NCBI GenBank assembly: GCA_051294375.1
Contig: JBJCIZ010000028.1
Coordinates: 1,487,576-1,551,575 of the forward strand
DNA: 64,000 nucleotides
DNA from: Paraspadella gotoi
Lineage: Eukaryota; Animalia; Chaetognatha
Reading direction: 5' to 3'
A model generated the notes under the pieces. That model had not been told where the DNA came from and ran no database searches. It saw only the letters and a list, made by a program, of their open reading frames with translations. Shown here piece by piece: positions 11,760 to 23,740 of this stretch (position 1 is the first letter of the stretch; every line of letters begins with the position of its first letter). The translations under genes were made by a program, and so were the position numbers.

Positions 11760-14442
11760 TCCCCGCCCCCATCTCCGGCACCGCCACGGGCCCCTGCATG
11801 GAATACCTCCTCCAACACAACATCCTCGAGACTCTCCGCGCCCTCGGCACGGCCGACTGCCCCACGGGCATGCGGCAGCAGATGCTGGACTTTTTCGCCA
11901 AGCTGCTCGGCCGCGTCCGCCAGCCGATCCTGCCGCACGTGAACGTCCACCGTCCCGTCCGCCTGCTGGTCAAGACTTGCGGGAAATGCCGCGCCGGGCC
12001 GCACGAGACCGAGGAGATCTCTTTTCTGCGGACGATCGCTTCCAAGTTGAAGAGGGATCCTTATCTCGTCGACTTCTTCCTCGAGGATGCGAAGGTGGCG
12101 GCGGAGAAGGCGGTGGAGGAGGAGGAAGGGGAGGGCGGGTCCAAAGAGTACGCCCTCGCCGCTGCCCTCGTCGCGCTGACTGATTCTCCCGACGCCGAGG
12201 TACCGTTAAGATTTCGACGTAAAAATTCAATAAAGATATATCAATATATATATCTTTGACTATATATATATATGTATGCAAAACGAATATTAAATCAAAT
12301 GAAGATAATGAACCCGAAAAGGTTTCAAGTTTCGAGTTGTGTCTTTCCTCTTTCCTCTTCATTGTTCGTCCTTTATATCCGCCTCGTTTGTCGACGTCTC
12401 CTCATTAGTTTTACGGTAGATAAGAGAGAGAGATAAAGAGAGTCAGCCCAACATTCACGGTGGCCCGGAATGACCATAGAATCGTGACCAAAATTCAATC
12501 AATCAATCAATCAATCATCATCCTCCTCCCTCTTAGGTCGCCATCAAAGCCAGCGAAGGCCTCCTCCTAATCTCCAGCCTTCCCGAGCCTCGCGCTTCCT
12601 CCGCTCTCGTCGCCAACACTTCCTTCGCCGCCTCTCTCACCGAACGCCTCGTCCGCTCCTACAGAGCCATTCCCGTCGAACTGGAGCCGGTGTTGGAGCT
12701 CCTCTCTAGCGGCTCCGAGATCCACTGGGGCCTTCGTTGGGAGGCGGAGAATGCCGAGGCGTTTCCTGGGAAAAGAAGACTCGTCTCTTTCCTCAGTTGG
12801 TTCGATTATCTCGATCAACTCGTCAACGACGCGGATTCGGTCGCGGCCGACTCTTTGGCCGACGAAATCAAGTCTCGCTTCTTAGAGGACGTGCTCGAGA
12901 CGGACTTGTTGACGGAAGTGTCTGCTTCTTCCGTCCCTTTCTCTTCCTCTCGCCATCATCTGTCTCTCTTCGCCACCGCGCTGCTCACTCGATGTCTGAC
13001 GATGATTCGGTCGCGTCGCCTTCTCGACGCAGCCGTCGCCTTTCTCCTCGGCGTCAACGCGGAGCCGGAACCGCAGGCCGGCGACGCGGAGCCGCACGTG
13101 CTGCGCAGCCGGCTGTTGGGCCGCTGCGGACGCGACGACGACGCCGCCTTGGCCGCGGCGTCGCTGCGTCTGTTCGAAGTGCTGCTCTCGCGTCCGCATC
13201 CTTTCGTCCATCGGAATTTGCTTCTCCGGAATCTCGAGGGGCGGCGCTATTTGGACGAAGAGCGGCGCCACGACGCCGATGGACGCCGCCGACCGCCGAA
13301 CGGACTCGATAAAGAATTGGCCGAGTTTTTGGAGAGTTTGGATTTGTTGTCCGTCGGAGACGAGGACGCCGCTGCAGCAGCCGCCGCCCCGTCGCACCGC
13401 ACCGTCGCTTGGCTGCTGAACATCGTTCCCGCCAACGCCAAAGGCGGCGAAGGCGGCGACGGCGGCGGATTTGAAGTCTATCTACTCGAAGCCCATCGTC
13501 AACTCAGCGCCTTCGCCGAAGACTTCGCCGTCTGTGATTGGCCCAAGTCTCCCGTCGCCGTGGCAGAGTTTCCTGCGCCGCCGCCGCTGCCAGTTTTCTT
13601 TGAAGGAAGTTTCTTGCGGATGCTGCTGCGGCGGCTGGACCGGCTGCTGTCGGGGAAGCAGAGCTACGAGTTGAATCTGCAGGTTTTTAAAGTTTTGGGT
13701 TTTATGGTTTGGGTCCAAAGAGTCTAAACTCGAGAAACTTCAACAACAGAGAAAAACACAGATAAATCATTACGTAAATATGAAAAATAAAGCCAGTTCG
13801 AACAAAATAATTGAAAGAAGTAATAAAAACAAGATATTATCACTTGAGAATTAATAACAAAAACAAACTATAAAACAACAAAAAACAGCAAACAGCAATA
13901 AACCGCCACAAAAGCAAACTGCAGCAAACTACAACAAAGAACGACAAACAAACAGAAACAACAACAAACCACAACAAACAAAGTACAACAAACAAACAAA
14001 AACCAACCGAAAGAAACAACAACAGACAAAGAAACAACCATAAACTACAAGAATTAATCTCAGTGAATTATCTCCTCTTTCCCAGGTGACGGCTTTGGTC
14101 TCCCTAGTCGCTTCTCTTCCTCATCCAAATCTCAACGAGTTTTGGTTGTCGGCGCCGGACGAGGAGGAGGAAGAAGATCCGGAAGGGGCCCTGACCCTCT
14201 ATCGCGTCCTACGGCGACTCGGCCGGAAATTGGATCGCCTCGCCGACGCGGACGCGTCTTTCGGCGCCGCCGTCGCCGAGAGAAAGCGGCGTCTTCAAGT
14301 CGGCGACGTCGACGACAACGACAACAACGTGGATGAGCGACGAGGGATTCTGGAAGGCGCCGTCTTGTTGGACGAATTGTGCAAAGAATTGGCATCCATC
14401 GTTTTGGTCAAGGATCAACTGGAGGTCGAGAAGACGGACTGA
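10379..14442 (+). CDS. FHIP2: FHF complex subunit FHIP2 (FAM160B); exons 10379-10538, 11671-12199, 12537-13682, 14086-14442 (apparent 1-nt frameshift near 11725-11790)
   Basis: N-terminus [18 protein letters not shown]...[83 protein letters not shown] match FAM160B1/FHIP2A hallmarks. Confidence 0.9.
10863..11644. repeat. Nested inverted repeat (foldback) in FHIP2 intron 1: outer arms 10863-11049 / 11458-11644, inner arms 11058-11130 / 11235-11307
   Basis: Outer arms of about 187 bp are reverse complements with about 9 substitutions. Inner arms of about 73 bp are also reverse complements. Confidence 0.92.
11175..11246 (+). pseudogene. Degenerate tRNA-Gly(GCC)-derived sequence (pseudo-tRNA or SINE head)
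   Basis: GCATCGGTGATTTAGTGGTAGAATACTCTCCTGCTACATGGGTGGCCCGGGTTTGATTC resembles metazoan tRNA-Gly GCATCGGTGGTTCAGTGGTAGAATGCTCGCCTGCCACGCGGGCGGCCCGGGTTCGATTCC. Differences are mostly transitions; the T-loop and acceptor stem are damaged. Confidence 0.75.
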
Positions 14443-14956
14443 ACTAATAGCTTCTTGATTTGGTCTCTGTTGTTGTTGTCGTCGTCGTCGTTGTTGCATT
14501 TGTTACGGTCTCGCACTGAGTTACATCAAAACGATTTGATTTTATTATTATATGCATATATTATATAAACAAAACTTCTTTAGTTTAGGGGTGATCCATT
14601 TTGTAGTTGGATTATAATTGATTTGATTCTAGTAGATTTAATGAATCGACTTTAAATTTAAATTTTAAGAAGTAGAACAAACAAATTTTCGTGAAAAGCA
14701 ATCGTTAATTAGGAATTTTTTTATGCTTAAAAAAGGTCACCTCTTTACGACTTTCCCTATCGAATTCTGGTATTCTAGTCGGTGCACCAATTAAGCGTTG
14801 TTGGCCATGACGAGATTTTTAATAACCTCGAGTCTATACTTAAACAATTTTTTTTTTTACATACCCCTGGGGCAATATTATTTCCTTTAATCGCGCTGTT
14901 GGCAATTTATTTATTATTATTTTTTTTAAAGGCAGATTTGAAAGTTCAACCTAAAT

Positions 14957-15379
14957 ATGGAAGGAAAAGATAAAGAAGTCGACGAGACGAAACGCGAGAA
15001 ACAAACGAAACAAAAGAAACAGACTTTGTCGTCCATCCACCCGAACGAGCTTCAATCCCGATCCACTCAAACGTATTGGCCTCAAGTCAGGGGCGCGGCC
15101 CCTCCCGGCGGAAAGGCTCGAAGCGTGCCCGATCCCGGCGGAAAGGCTCGAAGCGTGCCCGATACCGGCTCGGGCGGTCAAGGCCCGGCCGAGCCCGAAT
15201 CCAATGGAAAAGAGGACTCCGAAGGTCGGAAGATGGAAAGTCTCCCGACTCCCGCGTCCGATGGAAGTCAGCGCCTCTCTTGCGGCGCTGGCGGCGCCGA
15301 TGGGGACGGCGCCGGCGCCAATGAAAACCGCGACGAGAAGGGCGACGAAGAACGCGGACCCAAATGTTTCTTAATGTGA
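14957..15379 (+). CDS. Orphan 140-aa hydrophilic, disordered protein with C-terminal CaaX (CFLM) motif
   Basis: GC-rich ORF in AT-rich surroundings, good Kozak context (aatATGG), in-frame 30-bp tandem repeat, ends PKCFLM-stop. Confidence 0.55.
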   Translation: MEGKDKEVDETKREKQTKQKKQTLSSIHPNELQSRSTQTYWPQVRGAAPPGGKARSVPDPGGKARSVPDTGSGGQGPAEPESNGKEDSEGRKMESLPTPASDGSQRLSCGAGGADGDGAGANENRDEKGDEERGPKCFLM

Positions 15380-15946
15380 TTGACTTTTTAAAATTTTGTG
15401 ATCGACTCTTTTCAAATTTTGCTCCGTCCAAAATCGTGATATATATACGTATATTTCATTCGTTTCTATTCTATTTTAATATTTTTTACGTCTTCTTAGA
15501 TTCTCGGGTTATTTTTATTATTGATTTCGTCCGCGTCTCCATTTTTTCATTGTTGAACGCAGGGTCACTGAGGAGACCGAGCGGGTTACGTCGGGGGTCG
15601 CAATATCTAGTCACTCGCCCCACAAAGACTAAAACTAATAATATTAACGAAGAAAAGTTAACCGAAGCGAAAAAGGAAAAGACGAAGCGATAGACTATAG
15701 TCCTCTTTTTATCCTCACGAACATTTTGTTCTCTTTTAGAACGCGCGGAACAATTGAAAGAAAAAAAAACACAAAAACAGCATAATTCATTCTGCTCATC
15801 CCGTACGTGTTCTCTCTCTCTGTGATTCGCACGTACGCTCAAAATTCGTCGCTCGACTCGGTAAAAAAAAAGAAAAAGAAAAAGATTTTTGTTTTTCTAC
15901 TAAAAATCAAAGGAGATAAAGAAAAGTCTGTGGCCGTGGCGTCCAC

Positions 15947-18900
15947 ATGCCTAATCAGGGGGAGGAGGAGGAGGGGGAGGTGGAGAGAGCTCCCCCGCCG
16001 ACCTCGCTCGCCCGCNNNNNNNNNNGCGGCAGCGGTAGCGGCGAAGAATCGGCGGTGAGCGGCGCCGCCATGCAAATGCCCGTCTATGCGAGGGTGAGAA
16101 GAGTTGTCATTAAATTAATTAAGTGTTAATAATTAATTAATTATAATTATCTCAAGTTTGAAGTTGAAGGAAAGTTCGGGAGGGGGGGGATGAGAAGCCA
16201 AAAAAAGCCCGATCAGAAAATATAAAACGAAAAAAAAAATCAAAGAAAACAAAATACATAGTTGAGTCTTTGATTTTTTTTCCCGTTTTTATATTTTCTG
16301 TCGGGTCTTTTTTGGCTTCTCATTCCCCCCCCCCGAACTTTCCTTCAACTTCAAAACCCACAGCCACCTCTACTTCATCCAGGCCTTCGTCGTCGACCGA
16401 GCGGCGCCGCTCGACGCTTCGCCCGAAGTCTCCTCCCTCAACGCCATTGACGACGAAGACGACGACGACGACTTCTCCATTCCCATCGCGCAGGCGGCCA
16501 CGTCCTCCAAGCACACCCTCAAGTGCCTCGTCTGCGGCGACAAGTCCTCGGGGGTGCACTACGGGGTGTTGGCCTGCGAGGGATGCAAAGGATTTTTCCG
16601 CCGCGCCCTGCAGGACATCGGAGATCCGGGGCGGAAACGGTGAGGGAGGAGTAGTGATAGGGAGAAAGGGATAGGGGAAGACTTTTGGGAAGGGCACACT
16701 AAGAGAAGAGGGAAGGGATAGGGTAGACTTTTGGGAAGGGCAAACTAAGAGAAGAAGGAAGGGATAGGGGAAGACTTTTGGGGAAGGGCAAACTAAGAGA
16801 AGAAGGAAGGATAGGGGAAGACTTTTGGGAAGGGCACACTAAGAGAAGAGGGAAGGGATAGGGAAGACTTTTGGGAAGGGCACACTAAGAGAAGAGGGAA
16901 GGATAGGGAAGACTTTTGGGGAAGGGCAAACTAAGAGAAGAGGGAAGGGATAGGGGAAGACTTTTGGGGAAGGGCACACTAAGAGAAGGAGGAAGGGATA
17001 GGGGAAGACTTTTGGGGAAGGGCACACTAAGAGAAGAAGGAAGGGATAGGGGAAGACTTTTGGGGAAGGCACACTAAAAGAAGAGGAAGGGATAGGGGAA
17101 GACTTTTGGGGAAGGGCACACTAAGAGAAGAGGGAAGGGATAAACTTAAAAACAAAGGAAATTAAGGATGAGGATGAGGAGTTTTGACGAATGATTGAAC
17201 GAATGATTTGGTAGCATCAAGATGAAAAGAAAATGAAATAATTCTGGAGGAAACATGATTTGTTATTAGATTTATCCCTGACTTTAGAGCTTTTGCTGCC
17301 TTTATTAACGAACGTAAAATCGAAAATTATTCCATGTTATACTCTAAACTGCAATATGCAAATGTGATTAAAAAAACTTTATCTTATTTCATATTGAATT
17401 TAATTAAGTTCATCCCTTGTAGAGATGCTCTGATTCCCACGTTGTATTTATTTTCTTCCTTCCTCATCCACAGTTGTTTCTACAACCGGAACTGCGAGAT
17501 CACGATCCTCACCCGCAACCGTTGTCAATACTGTCGCCTGCAGAAATGCCTGGCGATGGGAATGTCCAAGAACGCGGCTCGTCTCGGCCGTCGATCTAAG
17601 AGAGTCAGGGAACTCATCGATCAGGTCTCCAAGTCGACCGAGGACGTGCAGACAACTCAGGCGTTGCATGGACTTTTATCGCTCAATTCACAGGTCGGTC
17701 GGTCGTTGCTTCTTTGTTCTTCATTAACTGTCGGTGCATATTGTTCTTTGTTGTTTTTATTTTTGGTTACCTTTTGTTTGTGGTGGTGTCGTTAGTTTTG
17801 GACCTCCTTGTTAATGTTATCATCGAACACTTTGTTTCGCTCGTTGTCTCTGGTAATCTGTCGGAGACAATATCGTGGACAATCTCAAAGACTCTAAACT
17901 TACCGATGCATATTATTATTAATCAATAATCATTGTCCACTTAATTCGTGTCTATTTATATTATAGTTTCCCTTTCAGCCCTCTGAGCATCGTGTGTTTA
18001 TTATCATAGAAACTAAAAGGTTTTTTTTTAATTCTTGCTATGAAAAGTTGCAAGATTATTTAGTTGATGTTTATTATTTGATGCAGTTTGTTATGGGTTG
18101 TTGTTTTTCATTTGTTTCAAGATTCCATTTGATGTTTGTTTTAAGATTTTGTTCTTTGTTCCTCCTCTTCTCAGAAAAGCCCCGTTGAGAACATTTACAA
18201 CTCCAGCCAATGCATCCAACGCGTCGCCAAGGAGATGGCGGGCATCGACGAGGAGGAGCCGCACGCCCTCGATTCGGTCGTCGACTCCATCGTCGCCGCC
18301 GACGACGACACGGAGGACGACTTCAACGCCGAGTCGTCATCATCCCCGGCCGACAGACTCAAGACCGACAGACCGACATCTTCCTCCTCCGTCGGTCTGG
18401 GTTCGCCGCCCGGCAAATTGGTGGCGAACATGTTGAGTCAACCCGCGATGATTCATCCCAACGACGCCTTCCTTCAATTCCTCGCCCTTCAGCAGGGAAA
18501 GAGCGAGACCGACGCCAAGCCGACAATTGTTGTCGGTGGAGAAAATCCGGAGACGAAGCCGACAACGATTAAGGACGACGTCTTCGATTCCTTACTGCCT
18601 CCTCCGCCGCCAGACGCCGCAGCGACGTCCGTTCTCGTCGAAAAGGACGCCTCCTCGTCGCTCGATTTCCCGGCGTCTCACGCCGCCGCCGCCACCGCCG
18701 CGACGAAGCGATCGTGGGAAGCGGCGATCGGCGACGCCGCCGCAACTCGCGCCGTCGTCGCCGCCAAGTCCATTCGCGCCGCGGATCCGGCGCCGCTCGA
18801 TCAGATTCACTTATTCATCCCCAACACCGCCGACGGAGAAGAGCGCCTTGCCTACGTAGTGGCGCCGCCGCCGCCTCAGACGCAGCCCCGTCCGTCGTCG

Positions 18901-21900
18901 CAACTTTTTCTTCAGGAGCAACAACAACAACAACAACAAGCGAACCTTTTGCATCAAGTCAACCGAAGCCACAACGACACACAACAACAACAACAACAAC
19001 ATAGCATACTGATCGTTTCCTCGGGTCCTCCTCCTCTTCCTCCTCCTCCTCCTCAAACCTCCTCCTCCTCGTCGTCGTCTTTACTCGGCGTCGCCAACAA
19101 TCCCAGTTCTCTCTTCGATTCCTTCCCTTCTACCTCAACAGCCACGCCCACTCCGAGCGCCACCTCCGTCGTCTTGCCCGGGCACGCCCACCAAATCTCT
19201 TCGGCGCCCAAGACCCAGGGTCTCTTGACGTCTGCGTCGACGACTCAGCCGAGGCGTTGCGAAGCCGAAGACGCCGCCTCCGCCGCCGGCGCCGCAGGGA
19301 TTCAGCTCCTGCTGCTGCCGACGGTGACGTTCGTCTCGGCGCCGGACGGAAAGTTGATGCCCGCCGTCGGACAGGAGATGGGATCCTTGCCCGCGCTGCC
19401 CGATCCTCAAAGTCGACGGGAAAACCTCGAAAGCCTCGAAACGAAACCCATCCTCGTCGCCGCTGCTCCTCCTCCTCCTCAGCAGCCGCTTCAGTCGCCG
19501 CCGAAAGTCGCCTTTTCCGCCTCAGAGACTCGAACCCGGCCCTTGGCGCCGGCGCCGTCGGCGGGACCCGCGCAATCAACGCTCGTGTCATCCTCGGCGC
19601 CGCATCGGCCGCTGCTGGTGGCGCCGCCGCCGATCTCGGGGAATTCGTCTTCCGTCGGCGGCGGCGATTCGCCGCCGTCGCAACAGCAGCGCCTTCCGGC
19701 CTCCGACGCCGGATCCGTGTCTCGTCCGGTGCTGGACGCTGCCGCCCTCGTCCTCAACGTGGATCATCTCTTCTCGATGCTCTGCCGATTTCCGGCGGAG
19801 CGCGTGGCAGAGATACGGACGGGTTTGGTGAAGAGCGGACGGACGCCAGACCGGACGATCCTCTCCGCGGATCCCGTCACCGTCATCCTTAAGCATCAAC
19901 GCTTCATGGAGGACGTCCTGCATTCCGTCGTCCAGTTTGCAAAGGGAATTCCCGGTGGGTATTTTCCTTGTTGGTCCCGACAATCTCTCCTTTTGATAGT
20001 AATGCAATTACAATGCTTAATGCTTATCGCATAATGCATTCGTCAGTTACATCGTTGTTAATTCTCGGGTTTGAGCTCTTTAATTTTGCCGTCAATCCTC
20101 AAAGTGTGTGCAACATATTTTACAATATTTTTTATGGCGTTTTCTAATCTTATTTGCATTTTGCAGTCATTTCGTTTTCTTTCCTTTTTTAGTACTCGCG
20201 GAGCAACTCTATAAGTCACTTTCGGCGGGTCTGCTCGGATTCGGTTGGTATGTCTTCGTCCGTCGCCGTCTGTCCCACTTATTGTTAAAAAATGCTTATA
20301 ATTTGCCTATGGTTGGTTCTTCATTTGTTATGATAGAAAAAAACCTCAACTCTAAGGGACTGCAAGCGCCACCTTCAGGAAATCCTAAAACTAAATGGAA
20401 TAAATGACGGAATTTTGATGCATTACATTTCATAAATACACGGGCTAAGAAAATTATTGTAGTCATGTTATTGTCATGTCACGTCAGTCATGTCACAAAA
20501 ATACACGTGATAAGGCAGTCACTGCGAATTACATTTTTGTTTTCATAATTCTTTCGTTTTTTGAATTGTTTTTTATCGTCGAAATCGCTATGCGTTTGCA
20601 ACATATTGTAACGCTTTTGCGCATAAGTGGCGTGTCTCGTCGTCGTTGTTGTCGGCGTTCAAATTATAGATCGCCTTTTAGGTGTATGAAGCTGAAAATT
20701 ATATATACAGCTTCTCATCATCGATGTGCTTAAAATTGAGTCTGGACTGTTATTAAATATGTTTTGTTTACGTTTTATCAAAATAAAACAAATTTTCTCT
20801 CTTTTATTTATATTTTCTTTCTCTCTCTTTTCTCTTTTAATTACATGTCTCTCTCCCTCTCTCTTTTCCCTAGTCACTGATTCATAATCATAGGGAAAAA
20901 AAAAAGCAGCTGGCTCTGCAGGGGTTTATTCTTTTTCTCTCTTTTCTCCTGCTGCTTCTGCAGTTCCCTTTTGATTCTGCAGCTGGCTCTGCAGGGGCTC
21001 TTTCTTTTTCTCTCTTTTCTCCTGCTGCTTCTGCTGCTGCCTTTTGATTTCTTTCTTTTCTCTCTCTCTTTCTCTCTCTCTCTTCTCTCTTCCTGCGTTT
21101 TTTTAAAAAAAAATTGAATTAGGATTGAACTCGTAAAATTAGGCATCGCATTCGTGCATGTTATCATTTTGCTATCGCAACATCTGGTTTTTATTTTGTT
21201 TTTTTTTCTTAGGTACTGCGTCTGCTGATCAGTTTATTTTTTTTTAACAATGAATTTTTTTTTTTTTTTTCAGAAACTGTAACTTAATTTTCCTCGGTAC
21301 TTTATTATTTTTTTTAATTGACAATCGCAAAATATAATTTTTCTTCTGTTTATAATTTAATTTTCTTTCTTAAATTTTATTTTTTTTTAGTATCAAAATT
21401 TGTCGTCAATCCAGATTTTTCTTATGCGATTGCGACGATCCTTATGCTATTAAGATTTTTTAACAAAAATGTTTAAATTGCTTTTTATCACTTTATGAAA
21501 AGTAAATTGGAAAAAAAACTAACTATTTTACAATTGTAAAGTGCCGTATAACATTTTAAAGCGAAGAAGCCGATAACCAATTGAAAAGAGTCGTGCGTTA
21601 GCACCAACTGCCCTTCTCGTCTCGTGTGATCCTCAACCTCTTCCCCCCCCCCATCTTTCCCAGGCTTCACCGGTTTCCACCCAGACGATCAACTGACCCT
21701 GGTCAAGCAGGGCGCCTTGGAAGCCACCCTCGTCTCCTACCACCCCCTGGTCGACCTGGAATCCAATAGCATATACTCTCCCTCTCTGGAGGAAGTCGTC
21801 ACCCGGGAGGGACTCGTCTCCTTCGCCGGCGACGACAAATTCGTCGAACTCTTGTTCAGCCTCGCCTCCCGGTTTCGCTCCTTCGCTCTGCGCCGAGTCG

Positions 21901-22567
21901 AGACCGGCCTCTTCGCCGCCCTGCTCCTTATATCCTCAGATCGGCAGGGACTCAGGGACAGGGCCAGAGTCTCCAAAACTCAGGAGCTACTTATTCAAGC
22001 TTTACAGGTGGAGAAAGAGAGGGGAGAGAGAGAGAGAGGTTGGGACTGTTTCTTAGCGTTATAGTTGGTACAACCTATTTAAAAAGAATTTATTAATTTA
22101 ATATCTTGCTATCTTGCCACCGACCTTGTTCTGACCAAGGTTTATTTCGTTTACATTTATCCATTTTATCATGAAAGAGACATTCTTAAAATAATACTAT
22201 GTGAGAGTTAATTTATCAATCTCATTTGCATATAGTAGCAAACTATTTCCAGTCCCTTTAGCTTATGTTCTGTTTTAATATTAATCCTATTTAGTATTTA
22301 TGGGTATTTGTGGGTTTTTCCTCGTATTTTTATATTGTTTAGTTGTTTAATTGATAATCTTATAATCACCCCCCCCTCTCAAAAAACCTTTAGGTTCAAA
22401 TACCCTCGGGTCACCCTTCCGAGCTCGGCCTCTTCCCCCGCCTCCTCATGACGATCCCGACGCTTCGGCAGCTCAACGACGAACATCGCCGCGTGCTGCT
22501 GCGACTCAAGAGTCGACACGGAGTTGAGTTCCCGGGCGGACTCTTTGAAGAGATCTTCTTCAGTTGA
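15947..22567 (+). CDS. Nuclear receptor, NR1 subfamily (ROR/Rev-erb/E75/E78-related); exons about 15947-16093 (spans N gap), 16383-16639, 17474-17693, 18175-19954, 21664-22007, 22394-22567
   Basis: C4 zinc fingers [28 protein letters not shown] and [31 protein letters not shown]; LBD signature [24 protein letters not shown]; [15 protein letters not shown]; [19 protein letters not shown]; AF-2-like LFEEIF. Exon phases are consistent. Confidence 0.9.
16668..17141. repeat. Purine-rich minisatellite, unit of about 47-48 bp, about 10 copies, in the intron between the two zinc-finger exons
   Basis: Repeated unit gggataggggaagacttttgg(g)gaagggca(c/a)actaagagaaga(g)ggaa. Confidence 0.9.
20906..21045. 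repeat. Tandem duplication, about 70 bp x2 (intronic)
   Basis: gcagctggctctgcagggg...tttttctctcttttctcctgctgcttctgc occurs twice. Confidence 0.75.
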
Positions 22568-23610
22568 GAGGATAGATTGTCAGAGAGAGAGAGAGATGGA
22601 TTTTTTTAAAAAATTGTCACCGGAGTTATTCTCTCTTTAATATTTTTGTTTATTTTTTTAATTTTTTATTCAAATCAGTTTTTTTGTGGACAAAAGTTTC
22701 CGATGTCACGAAGATTTTTCGCTTTTTATTCTCCCAAATATGGAATGTTTTTTTTTTCCAATCTTTCTCCGCCATCCCCCAGGAGTGATACCGCCTTAGA
22801 AATTTATTAAACTTTTATTACAAAATTGTAGTTAGTATTGAAAAGGGGAGGGAGGTTAAGTCAAACCAAACGAAAAAAACAAAAAAAACGTTAATAACCT
22901 CATCTGTTCAACTCTTAAACGGAACAGCAACAAAAACAGCAAAACGACAACAATAAAACAACAGGAAGACAGCAACAAAACAAAGACGAAACAACGACAA
23001 AACATGATGAAAACAACGGCTACATCAATCAGACAACAACAAACAATATGGAAATGAGCTTCTTGTCTTCACTTCAATTTTTTTTTACTCCCTAAAATNN
23101 NNNNNNNNACATCAACCAGACAACAACAAACGACATGGAAATGAGCTTCTTGTCTTCACTTCAATTTTTGTTTTACTCCCTAAAATTGTCAAGTGGCGGC
23201 GCCGAAACCTGCGAATCGCTCTCAACGATATTTTCTTTTTCATGTCAACTGCTACTGTTATTTCTTTTTAATTTTATGTTTCAATAGAATTTTTTTTAAA
23301 ACTATTAATACGCCATATGCTGTTCATTTTATATTTTTGAAACGAAACCGTGATGGTATGAATTTAAAAGAGGCACCCATTTTCGGCCCTGAAATGTAAA
23401 TCGACTGAAATACTGTAATGTAATCAGTAATGTAAATATTTAGCTTCGGCAGGATTAATTTTTTTTACCCCACGTTTGAATGAAAGTCGACAATAGTTCA
23501 GTTCGAGAATCCACTTAGGCCATCTTTATTTTATATATATTTGAAAAGTTTGTTTTTATCTTTAAAAAGGTTTTGGTGCATAATTAACACCGGAAGTATT
23601 TTTCCTTCAA

Positions 23611-23740
23611 AATATCATCATAATCATCATCATAATAATTATTATATAAATATCATAATAATAATATCATCATAATCATCATCATAATAATTATTATATA
23701 AATATCATAATAATAATATCATCATAATCATCATCGTAAT
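23611..23740. repeat. AT-rich tandem repeat, about 52 bp x2.5
   Basis: aatatcatcataatcatcatcataataattattatataaatatcataataat repeated. Confidence 0.75.

Noticed and set aside
16668-17141. Regular repeat array superficially like CRISPR (also 53680-53870)
   Set aside because: Head-to-tail units with no unique spacers, eukaryotic intron context, no cas genes.
18098-20007. Numerous overlapping and antisense Arg/Pro-rich ORFs over GC-rich exons (also across FHIP2, TCF and Grl)
   Set aside because: Shadow ORFs caused by GC-rich, stop-poor coding sequence.
23020-23190. Direct repeat of about 80 bp flanking an N gap
   Set aside because: Typical scaffolding overlap artefact.
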